DNA of 64,000 bases. Source: Utricularia gibba. Lineage: Eukaryota; Plantae; Magnoliophyta. This document shows positions 1 through 10,969 of the stretch, piece after piece (positions within the stretch are counted from its first letter, which is position 1; every line of letters starts with the position of its first letter). Under the pieces are notes generated by a model. The model ran no database searches. It saw only the letters and a program-made list of their open reading frames with translations, and was not told the origin of the DNA. Made by a program: the position numbers and the translations under genes. The stretch covers positions 248,001-312,000 of the forward strand of contig NEEC01000019.1 in NCBI GenBank assembly GCA_002189035.1. The letters are read 5' to 3'.

Positions 1-344
1 CGTTTGAATTTGAACGCAAGTAAAGCAGCCGATTAGCAGCATTTATGATCGGTTAAAGGTTTGTGCGATCTTCATCATCTTCTTCGTTTCCGACGTGCTT
101 TTTGCTCTTCCGCGTCGGGTTCAAGGGTAGGCTATGCCCGTTTCGGGCCTCTGAGTTAATTCCGTGACGGAAAATTGTCTAATATTTAAAAGGAAGTTAC
201 GTTATAGATTGATGTTTCTGTTTATTCTATATTTGGATATTGCAGATTTTGATGTTTTACGTTACTGCTTTATGATTTGCTTTTTTTTTTCATATTTTTT
301 TCTGATGCTACAGGAGCAAAGGGTTTTGAAAAGCAGCTGAGGAT

Positions 345-395
345 ATGGCGAATGGTAAAGTTGCGTCGATTGTAGGTGGGGATCAAGTAGTTTAA
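345..395 (+). promoter_or_regulatory. Upstream ORF (16 aa, MANGKVASIVGGDQVV*), a decayed duplicate of the TOR1L N-terminus
   Basis: ATGGCGAATGGTAAAGTT at 345 vs ATGGCGAATGGGAAAGTA at 517. Peptide similarity runs to GG.Q.V, then TAA at 393-395. It follows a putative leader-intron acceptor (CAG at 311-313). Confidence 0.55.
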
Positions 396-516
396 CTTCA
401 TATCTTTGATGTGACTTGTTTCTTCGTTTTTTGATTTTGATGTTTTCACTTGAAGGTATGGGAGCAGGGGATTTTGAATTGAAACAGGAGTGAATCTAAA
501 AAAGAAGCCGTAAAAT

Positions 517-3500
517 ATGGCGAATGGGAAAGTAACCTCGAGATCGGGTGGTCATCAGGCCGTTTTTGAGCTGAAACAGCGAGTTGCTATTGCACTTAAC
601 AAGGTTGCGGATAGGGACACTTATCAACTTGGAGTAGAGGAGCTTGATAGAATCGTCAAGAGCTTGACTCCAGATTTGGTTTCTCCACTGCTCTCATGTA
701 TATTGGATACGGATTCTGAGAAGAAAAGTTCTGTTAGAAAAGAATGCATTCGGCTAATGGGTACGTTGGTGAAATTTCATGGAGGTCTCATTGGATCTTA
801 TCTCGGGAAAATGATCGCTAGTATCGTTAAGCGACTTAAGGACTCAGATTCTGGTGTGAGGGACGCGTGTATGGATACGGTTGAGGTGCTGGCTGCTACA
901 CTGAGTAGCGATAGAATTGATACGGGTGGGCTTTTTGTCGCGTTGGTGAGGCCGCTTTTTGAAGCTCTGGGTGAACAAAACAAGCAAGTGCAATGCGGTT
1001 CAGCGCTGTGTTTATCTAGGGTCATTGACGCATTTCATGACCCTCCTCCAGTTGTTTTGCAGAAGATGCTGGAGAGAACTGTGAAGTTGCATAAAAATCC
1101 CCATTTTATGGGAAAGCCGGCAGTGATTGAGTTGAACAGAAGTATAGTTATGGTATGCCTGATCTACAGCGCTTATGATTTTTCTGAATTCTTCAATGGT
1201 CCTCTAATGTCTTTCAACAAATGTAAATCCAAAATGAGAGTGATTTATGATTCCCCGTCAATGTGCACTAGTGATGAAACTGCTGTAAAATTTCATTAAA
1301 CAGCTTATCTTTATTTAAAATTAATGAAAATTTTCCTTGCTCCGTTCTTCAGGCTGGTGGTGCTTCAACACACACTTCCTTGTCTTCTGCCCTCAAAAGC
1401 ATATTAGAATCAATTAAGAGTGCCGACTGGACAATTCGCAAAGCTGCTTGCAATGCACTAGCTGATATTGCCTCTTGTGGTGCAGCATGCTTGAGTTCAT
1501 ATCGCAGTTCATGCCTTCGATGCCTTGAATCGTGTCGTTTTGACAAGGTTCTATACATAGCTCACTTAGTTTCTGCTTGCGAAATTTTATTGTCCAATGC
1601 TCAGTTTGGTTTTTCCAACTTGCGTCAAATAGGTGAAACCCGTCAGAGACATAGCAATGCAGGCCTTGCAGCTTTGGAGAAACCTTCCTGGTTCCAATAC
1701 ATCTGAACCATCTGACTCTGGATCTTCTGTAAAAGGTTCGTTCCAAATTTATTATATCTTAGAATGTCGTTTATCTCTCATTTCCCCCGTTGATCGCATT
1801 CTTGGTCGGAGTTTTAGTTGCATCGTGTCTAGTCATCTTTCATTTCGAGCGTGGAAATAGTCTGTTATTGATGTTATGTCAAGACAATTGTACCATTCCA
1901 TCACCTGAGTCTCCATTCAATCACCCTGTGTGAAGTTTTTTCCTGTACGTGAGAATGCTACTTATCTCCTGCAGAAAGGACTTACAGACATGGCCATGGC
2001 GATTTGGCGAGCTCCTGTGAGTCAAAGCTGAAAGATAATACCCATGTGAAATCTACATCTGAAGTACCCAAGAAAAAGGTTCCTCTCTGTTCAAGAAAAC
2101 CAGGAAGCTATGGTGGGAATTCTCAAAATCCCGGGGCAAATAACTGGTCAGTAGAAATTGCAGTACCAAAGAATCTCCAGGCCATTGTTGCAGAAAGTCA
2201 AAATGATGACTCGGAGTGTAGTTCAGTCACTAAGATATGCATAGATTATGATGCCAGAAGGCTTTCTGATACTGAGTACAAATATGTGGAAGTGGATGAA
2301 GTACACGAATGCTCCTCGGTTTTCAATTCTTTCCCCAAAAACTTCAAGTCACACCTTATATCTCCCCAATCTGATGCACTGGAAGATTCTAGTTTGGTGA
2401 TCTCAACTGCAAACAGTCAAAGGTTTGCTGTAGATGAAATTAGTATTGACGGGCAAAGAAATGTAGCTAGGATCCATGACAGGAGGGGAAGCTTAGATTC
2501 AACCATCACAGAATCAATGTCACACACTGCTAATGTTTCCTTTCCACCAACTGATGATATGCAGACAATAAGGAAGCAGCTGTTGGAGATAGAGAATAAG
2601 CAATCAAACCTGATGGACATGCTAAAGGTTTTGTTTCTGTTATGTTGCATTATTTCTGATTCCTCTGTGCACTTATATTGTTGGAACTGCTAATATTTGT
2701 ACTCATTTCAGGCTTTTACATTTTCCGTAATGGATAGTATGTCAGTGGTCCAGTCAAAGGTTTCAAATCTTGAAACCGTGGTTCATAAAATGGCAGAGGA
2801 GTTTGTTCAAGGAGGAAGAGGCTCGGTCGATTCTTTGGCTGGCACAATGTTGAAGGGAAGCCCTCTTCGCCCGTCCAGACTTTCCACTTGCACTCCTCGT
2901 CCATCAATTGATACCATCAATCAGCAATTAGTTCATCCAGTAAAACTTGCTGGCAGATGGGAGGATAACACTTCAACAAGGAGCAGATCATTGAATTCTT
3001 TGAAGCAAAACTCAGACCAATGTGGAGGGACTCTTAAACCAGCCAGAAGTTTCTTACCTAGAGGAAATTCAAGCTTTTGCTCTCAGATTCATGCAAAGAT
3101 GCGGGAAGATGGAAGAATCGGTTCAGTTCCTATTAACAAAGCGAGAGTCGCTAACCAGCGAAATGCTATGAGTTGCTCACCACTTGGTGATCTAGAGGCA
3201 GCGTACATAGGAGCCCTGTATTCAAGGAATGAAAACACTTTGTTCGAACTTCTGGAGACAACAGGTCCTGTTCTGGAGAACTTGTCAGAAAAGACTGCAA
3301 GTGAGCTGATGATCGTTTTGGGTTCGTACTTATTGGAGCAAAGATATGTGAACTCAATAATTCCTTGGCTAGAGCAGGCAAGTTCTATTGCATTTCTTTT
3401 TCCAAATAAGTTCCCTGATAAGTTTGTACACATGATATGTGTACTTTGGTTTTTGATGCTCTGTATTTTTTCTCGTAGCTCATGGATCTGTCAAGCATCC

Positions 3501-3649
3501 GTGATCCTACTTATCAGGTGATTTCAGCAAATGCAAAACGAGAACTCCTACACTCGATCCAAGAAGCTTCCATGTTAGCCAGATCAAATCCTATGGAGAG
3601 TAAGTGCTTTACAGAAATAGAGGAAGCCCTGCACCGGCTATGGGGTTAG
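517..3649 (+). CDS. TOR1L2: TORTIFOLIA1/SPIRAL2-like HEAT/ARM-repeat microtubule-associated protein (TOR1L2 type), 6 coding exons
   Basis: N-terminal family motifs ELKQRV..ALNK.ADRDT, VRKECIRLMG, RLKD.DS.VRDAC, CRFDK|VKPVRD; coiled coil IRKQLLEIENKQSNLMDMLK; C-terminal TGPVLE..S and IIPWLEQ. Exons 517-1152, 1353-1547, 1633-1735, 1975-2627, 2712-3377, 3479-3649 stay in frame. The last intron is GC-AG. Confidence 0.85.
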
Positions 3650-3997
3650 ACATGTTCCATTAGTCTGTGATGTGCAATGATGTTTATTGCATAATGAGTT
3701 GGAAACTGAATGGATTGACATGCCTTTCAACTTCATTAATGCTTACATCTGCTTCGATGATTTGGTGACGATTTGCTTAATGTCTGTATGGTTTACCAAA
3801 ACTTATGCTTCCTCAACTTGGACTGCCACAGCAGGTTTGAGAAGTTATTTATTGACAATAGCATGAAAAGCTACACTTGGACTTGGTCAAAACTTAGTTG
3901 AGTTGCAGATGTAGTGCAAATCATGGTGCCATCTCGCAGAAACGTAGTTCATTGTGGAAACTGCCAAAGGATCCCTTGACCCGCCTTCAAAGTCCCG

Positions 3998-5608
3998 CTA
4001 TGGCTCCCTCCATCTTCTCATGTTCAACTTTCCTTTCACCTTGATTTCTTCTTCCTTCATCCGCATGCTCTTGGTGGCTTCTGGTAACATCAAAGACGGT
4101 AACCCCCCAAGACCTCCTCCAGGCCAAGGGATCTGTTCTCGGGTCATTTCCCGAGCCACAATGGGCTCCAGAACTTGTACTACTTGGCTCATTGCAGGTC
4201 TCCCCTTGGAGGTTTGGCTAAGACAATGGTATGCCAGATTTGCCACCTTCATCAGGCTGCTGACCCTGTATTGCCCTTCCAGCCTGCTATCCAGTATCCT
4301 GGTAAGCTTCTTGCTATGCTTCAGGCTCGGACGTGCCCATTCCACCAGATTGCGTTCGTTGAAAGGTCTTTTGTAGTCCATAGCTCTCCTTCCCAGAAGC
4401 ATTTCAAGCAAAACCACCCCAAATCCATACACATCACTACTCGCAGTAAGATGACCTGCACGTTGAAGCAGGAGCTTAGCCCCATCCATGTGAGTAGTGC
4501 CGCTGTGTCATACAATTTCCTCACCTGTCATCATATACTCAGGGGCTGCGTACCCGTATGTACCCATGACCCGTGTTGAGACGTGGGTCTGGTCTCCGGT
4601 CGGGCCGACTCTCGCAAGTCCGAAGTCGGAGAGCTTGGCATTGAATCCCTGTGAAATGCAATCTCATGAAGCTCCTCTTCTTCATACAGAACAGAAGGAA
4701 TGAATGAATGTTTGAAGAGGACTGACTACCTCATCTAGCAGAATGTTGGAGCTCTTGAAATCCCTGTATATGATAGGCTCCTCGACACCGTGAAGAAAAG
4801 CAAGCCCCTTTGCTGTATCAGAAGCAATCTTCAGTCTCCTCTGCCATGACAATGTATCCCTTGTTTCTGCGTGTGTAAATGCCAGGGGTCATGGCTCTGC
4901 ATATGGATAATGAATCGAAAATCCCAAGGTGTGAATACTACTGACTTGAGAAGAGATGCTTCTCCAAGCTGCCTGAGGACATGAATTCATAGATCAGCAT
5001 CCGCTGATCATCTTCGCAGCAGCATCCGATGAGGTTCACAAGATTCGGATGCTGAAGCTGTCCCAGATAGTTCACTTCTGCCTGCAAGCGACTACTACAA
5101 TTATCAGAAGACCGATAAAAAAAGATATGGACGTAGCCGAAACCGGACACTCACCCGCCATTCTCTCTCGCCCTGTCGGCTTTCAGGATCAAGAACCTTT
5201 ATGGCAACCTTGATGGCTTTGTATCCGGGTCTCACGCTCTCATCTAGGACGCCCATGTAGACGACTCCGAATCCGCCCGAACCGAGAACCCGATCCGGCC
5301 GGAAGTTCCCCGTAGCCAGCTTCATCTCTTGGTAAGTGAAAATGTCGAGATCATCATTCCAGTGACTCCCCATCAAATCCTGTATCTTGTCTAGGAAGAG
5401 GACAACGGCTTTTGGACTAGGGGGGTCTGGTTTTGGTTTCGTTGAAGGTGTGGGGGATTCAGAATCTTCTGCAGATGAAGATTTGGGTTCAACCAGTGTT
5501 CAATTTTCAATGTGAAAACAGAAGAAGAAATGAACCTTGCTTTGCAGGAGAAGATCTGATCTGGTTGCAGCGTCCACTTACTCCCTCGGCGCTAACGCAA
5601 CAACCCAT
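3998..5608 (-). CDS. PBL17: Receptor-like cytoplasmic kinase, RLCK-VII / PBS1-like (PBL17-like), 6 exons
   Basis: MGCC N-terminus (acylation motif), [73 protein letters not shown]. Exons 5608-5536, 5468-5155, 5081-4946, 4866-4730, 4648-4525, 4455-3998, all GT-AG and in frame. The PBL17 subclade call is from recalled similarity. Confidence 0.88.
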
Positions 5609-7431
5609 CTTGCTCAAAGTATTCTTTAATCAAAAGAATCAGTCACTGCTTTGATAACACTAATCCTCTTTTTGCCTTCTTTTGTTTTTAAGCTCGGATT
5701 TCTGCCTACTCCTTTTCATCTATCACCCAAAACATGTTTTTTTTTTTTCGGCGGCGCGGAGGAGCTCGAGGGAATCTGAAGCGGTGGCCGGAAAAAAACG
5801 AAGCAGCGATGAGTAAGGAGACGGATACTTGGGCCGCCCCCCTGGAGGAGGATCGTTAAATAAGGTACGGATTGGCGGGCAGTCAAACAAAGCTGCAGCA
5901 AACAAAGACTTGACGTGGATGACATGAAATAATCAATTCCCATTGACCTGTCGAGGATCAAGATAATTTACATCTCATCCAGCGTATTGATTAAATTTCA
6001 GTTGTGGGGGGTTTAAAATTCATTTGGCGTATAAGAATATTATTATCCTATTTTTTAATTCTTAAAAATCTTGGAACTCAACCTTATTTCTAGATGGTCT
6101 GCAATATAATAATTAAAAAACCAAAAAAAATTGTCAATTTCAAGAAGGCCCGGCGTACAGCTAACGTGTAGTTGTCTGGATTTGCCGAGCTAGACGCGGT
6201 TAGGCTTTCAACACGCTTCACTGGGCCCCATTTTTATAACTATTTTTCATCCTTTATTAAAGGGCATATTAAAATGTTTGGTGCCCGGTTGGGGCTCTCC
6301 ACCCGGTCTCAATTTTCCCATTGCTCCAACCATCCTTTAATAAATTACGATTGAATTGACTTTGAGTAATAAGTTTATTAAAATAATTTTGTTTGCGATT
6401 CAATTTTTGAACTGATCTTAATTTGAAAGATATATAAATCTAGAACATGAATATTTAAAAAAATTACTAAATTTCTCAATTTTCAACTCTCTTGATGTTC
6501 CCTTTGTTAGATTGGGAGAGTTTATTGATTCTAAAAAACAAAAAAAAAAAAAAAAAAACCAAGGGGTGCTGCTTGATTTCAGCCCTCTCATTATAGCTGT
6601 AAAAATCAATCCTTGTGGATGTCGCTCTTCTTTTTTTGGAGCATGAGGCACGTCAGCATCATGGCATTCAGAGGCAAGGGGCTTGGAGATTGGAGCCTCC
6701 ATTTAATTCAACTCTTGAAATTTTACTTTATATTTGTTCACTGTCATTTTTTTATATGTTTGAGCATATTTTTTATATATTGATTTAGGATTAAGTTATC
6801 TACTTAAAAGTTACATTAAAAATATTATTATTATTATTATTGTGTGATTATATATTTTTAAATTGTATTTTCGTGAATGTCCAAAATTTTAAAAAGCAGA
6901 GATAGAGTGTCATAGAAAGTTTTCTTATAAAAAAGAATTCTATTTCGTAACTTGTATATAAGTTGGAATTATAATGGATGAAATACTGACATTCTTCATG
7001 TCCTATATATTATGACATGTTAGAGTATAAAGAATTCATTGACGAATGTGACACATGAAAGCACAAGGAACACAAAAAAATAAAAAGTACGAATAGAAGG
7101 GGAATTCAATACACTTCTAGATGAGAATTAAATAGAGCTTCCAACAAAGAATTGGCATATAATGGAATCTTATCTTTTTGCACTTGAGCATTATTGCAAC
7201 TTTTATTCTTACTCTTCATTAGAGGGAAGAACAAAGCTTTTTATTTTTTATTTTCATTTCTATTTATGATGGCCATTCATACCTAAATGTTTTTAGTTTA
7301 TAGAATTGATAAAGTTTATTTCAATATCTTGAGCATAAATTTTTGATTATTCACTGAATTTCTTCTGTTACGCAACATGCTATATAATCATGAAGAGTCG
7401 AGTCATTCAATGCTTGCCTGAGGAACTTGGG

Positions 7432-8687
7432 TTACTTGTTTGTTGTCCTACCGGAGTAACTCCCGTTGGTGGTCGAGAAACCGGCGTTTCTTTGGAATAA
7501 ACTGTCCATGGAGGTGGGTTGGCTATGGCTCATGCTCCATGAATTGGTTGACAGAAGAGAGGAAGCGTTCAGGAGGTCCGTCTCCCTCGTGCAGTAGTTA
7601 GTAGTCATCGCGGCATGCAAACCTGTCCACATATTAAACGGCCCTCTTCATCCTCACACCACCACAAGGTTAAAGCAAGAGTAACCATCACTAACAAGGT
7701 GCACGTATCATCAACCAAGAGTGAAGTGTTTCAGAATGTGCCTGTGAACTGGCTTTGAATGGGACTCCTGGATCTTATTAGACAGGTTTATGTGTAGCAT
7801 AAAATAGAGGAAAACAAACACATTGATGGATGGGGGGACTTTACATTCATCCATGATGTTTCTTTTAGTTGAATCCAGTCCATTTGTGAGTTGGGGATTG
7901 AGTTCTGCGTCTCCTGGCTACAAAAGCATATTGTTCTTCTGTCAAGCGGTTGGGGCTGCGAGAATGGGTCCCGGTTCAACAACCCATGCTGCTGCATTTT
8001 CATGACATCTGCCCATACATAGCAAAAAATCAACAGATGATGCAATTATTATAAGCTGAAAGCAAGAGATTTCAAAGGAACCGTAGAATGAAGAAGAGGG
8101 TCTCAGAGGGTGAAGCTGAATTGTCTCTAGTTGGACTCTCCGCCGCCGTGCGTTGTGATCGTTGAGGCGCTTCCGGCAGCTCCTCTTCTTATCATCAAAC
8201 TCGGACAAGTCATGGAACCTTCCGATGACCAACATAAACCCCCGATGTTAGAACTACACGAATAAAACATATTCTATTGCTGTTACCTGCTACACTGTTG
8301 GCAAAACCTTCTCTCCATCCCAGCAACAATAACCCTTGGGCTCTTGGAGTGCTTCTCGCAAATCTTGTGCCTCCTGTGATAATCCTTAGCCGTTTTTAGA
8401 TCAACACGACACCCTTCAACTTGACAACAAGGGTTCCTAGCATGAGCACCGGAGACTCTGGCCCGCTTCATCGGCGAAGCCGAAACTGTAAGAGAGGATG
8501 CAATCACATGCTGCTTCTTGTAAGAAGATGACAAGCACCCCAGTTGATCCGCTGAAAGAAGACAGTTCGAGGAAGAGCTCGTTCCAAGGCCATTTGATTC
8601 CAAGCTCATCAGCTTTTGGGTTCCAGAGTACAAGACCAGATCTCGCCATTCCAGCTGACTGCTGCTCAAAGAGTTGCTCTCCATCAT
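7432..8687 (-). CDS. SPL: SQUAMOSA promoter-binding-like transcription factor, SPL2/10/11 (OsSPL3/12)-type
   Basis: Complete SBP domain CQVEGC..C..H / CQQCSR|FH..EFD.KRSCRKRL.DHNARRRR, split by the conserved intron (exons 8687-8287, 8218-8082, exon 3 from 8008). The last exon (from ~7622) carries an xSLLSTNSW miR156-site peptide. The exon 3/4 junction is unresolved. Confidence 0.85.
7549..7568 (-). promoter_or_regulatory. miR156/157 target site (degenerate 3' half)
   Basis: The + strand reads TGACAGAAGAGAGGAAGCGT vs miR156 UGACAGAAGAGAGUGAGCAC. It lies in the usual last-exon position and encodes ASSLLS instead of ALSLLS. Confidence 0.75.
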
Positions 8688-10969
8688 CAGGTTAAAGCCT
8701 GAGAATTTCATGCATGTAGCAGTGCAAGAAGGGAATAAAGGGGGAAAAAGTTTGAAGGGTTTGAAGATGTGGTTTGTTTGGGATGGACATCCCAAGACTT
8801 TATGGAGGAGAAGGATAGGGTAGGTGGGAGCAGCTCACGCTGTTTCCCTCCGGGAAACGGACCTCACACAAGTTGCCCTCATAGGATAGTGAGTCCTACA
8901 TCTTCACACACCCATCTTCTTTTTCATCATATCTTCAACATCGAAAGATAGAATAGGAACAGAGGAGCTGCCGCCTGAGCCAAAAAGAAAAAAAAACTAA
9001 ACTACTGATAGCTTTGTTTTCCAGTTAAACGTCATTAGTTTGCGTAAAGCTCTGTGAAATTTCCCAACACGTATCTCAAAATGAGTCTCAATATAAGAAG
9101 TAGGACCCTGCTCCTCCGACGGGTTCTCGTCCACCACCAATTTCATGTATCTTTACCGCGGGTAAATTTTATTGGTCAAAGGAGTTAAATTAGCATTTCA
9201 GACATTTACTGCACGAGCCGAGCCAACCAGTGTGTGTGTGTGTTTTTTTTTACTGCATTCATATCTACAGCCTACAGACTCAGACTGGATTGGAATCCCA
9301 TGCGTCACCGACGACACATGTTTCACAAGTTTTAGATAAGCACCACTTGTATACAAAAGAAGAGGAGGGGAGTATACTGACATGACAATGCTTTATTACT
9401 TTTTGCAATAGCTTATCATTATTTTTTTCTGATATTATATTTATTTTTATTAAACAAATCACAGTTACTACCCCACTTTGGGAAATATTGATATTTTTGT
9501 CATCTCAGATATTTGACGTTATCCAATTTTTATAAAAAAAAAAAAAATGTTAGTGTGAGACCTTACCCAATGAGCGAGGAGAAGAAATTAAGTGTAACAA
9601 TTATGCAAATTTTAATTATATGTTTTAAGATAAACCATAATTTATGGACTTAAATTTAAAGTACGTCCAGTATATAAATTTAAATATATTAGATAAAAAA
9701 ATTAGAAAATTTAATACAAGACACACAATTTTCTTTGTTCTCCATAAACATGTGAGATGTTTAAATTTATCTAAAATTTATATTAAATTAAATCATTAAT
9801 TTAAGATAAAACTTCTAACCAAAACTCTACCTAACACAAACTAAGAGGTTGATGGTTACATGTGTGATAGTTTGTTTAAAATTAGGATTTTGGATAAAAA
9901 ACAGTTTACTAATTTAAATAGGTTTGATAGATGGATTTAATTATGTTAGTTAAACAAACGTAGAAAATTTAATATAAAACACACTACTTACATTGCTTTC
10001 TGTCGGTGAATATTATAAAGTATTTAATTTTTTTTTTTGAATCCTTAAACTTTTTTATATAAATATTTAGATAGTCTCACAGAGAATTTATTTATTTACT
10101 AATTTATGCTTCTAGTATTTAAAAAGAATAATATTATGCAAATGATATATATAATGAATGATATGAAGGTGTAAATACATGAAATAAATTATGCTACTAA
10201 TCTTTTCGAAAACATTTCCATTAATTGTTGAACATTCTTGAAAACACAGGAATAATTTCTACTGTTCATTTATTTGGGCATGCCATTTTGTGCAATAAGA
10301 GGAATAGGCAGCAGCAATAATAGAAACCTAATCATTCACATCCATTGGACACATCCATTGTAACATATTTTATTTCTGAAATTCCAATTTATAATTTATC
10401 AAAATCAATTTTCAAGAAATAGCTTTATTTATTTTGATTTTATTTGTGGGAAAGTAACGAGCGGTTGAAAGTGAAAACCTAATCCGGTATTAAAAATGGC
10501 TTGGGGTGGGAAGTTTGTTGGTTTGTTTGATCAAGTTTGGGTTAATAAATGAGGGTTCACAAGTCAGCGGCAGAGCGGCAGCATAGCAGCAGCATACCAT
10601 ACCATTATTGGTAATTAATCAAATAGGGGGTTAAGTGAGGGGGTCGGGTCAATTCACCCAATGAGTTACCAAACCCACCTCCGCCGGCCCCACACTGCCC
10701 GCATCTCCATTCTCCTCCTCCACCTCCGCTGCCGTGAGAAAAAAGCAAAGTATTGGCGCCGGGTGCGGGGCGCCACTTAATAATTAAACCTGCCGCAAAT
10801 CATGCGCGGCTACTGCCCCGCCCCGGGGGGCCCCCCTATTCTATTCGGTGCACATTAAAAAATGGATACATTTTATCCTAATACACAAGAGAGAAACATA
10901 GAATAACCACATCATTTGTAAATGTGGTGAAAGCATTTTGACATGCGGAGGAGGAATAGGTAGGGAGAT

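Noticed and set aside
3954-4703. Plus-strand ORFs of 140, 134 and 68 aa
   Set aside because: They are antisense shadows of the kinase exons and carry no family motifs.
6418-6702. 94-aa minus-strand ORF next to an A-run
   Set aside because: No recognisable motif, the frame runs through a homopolymer, and the A-run is on the wrong strand to be its poly(A) tail.
7548-7945. Possible MIR156 precursor from the TTGACAGAAGA inverted pair
   Set aside because: Only 11 bp pair, ~390 nt apart, inside a coding gene. There is no miRNA/miRNA* stem.
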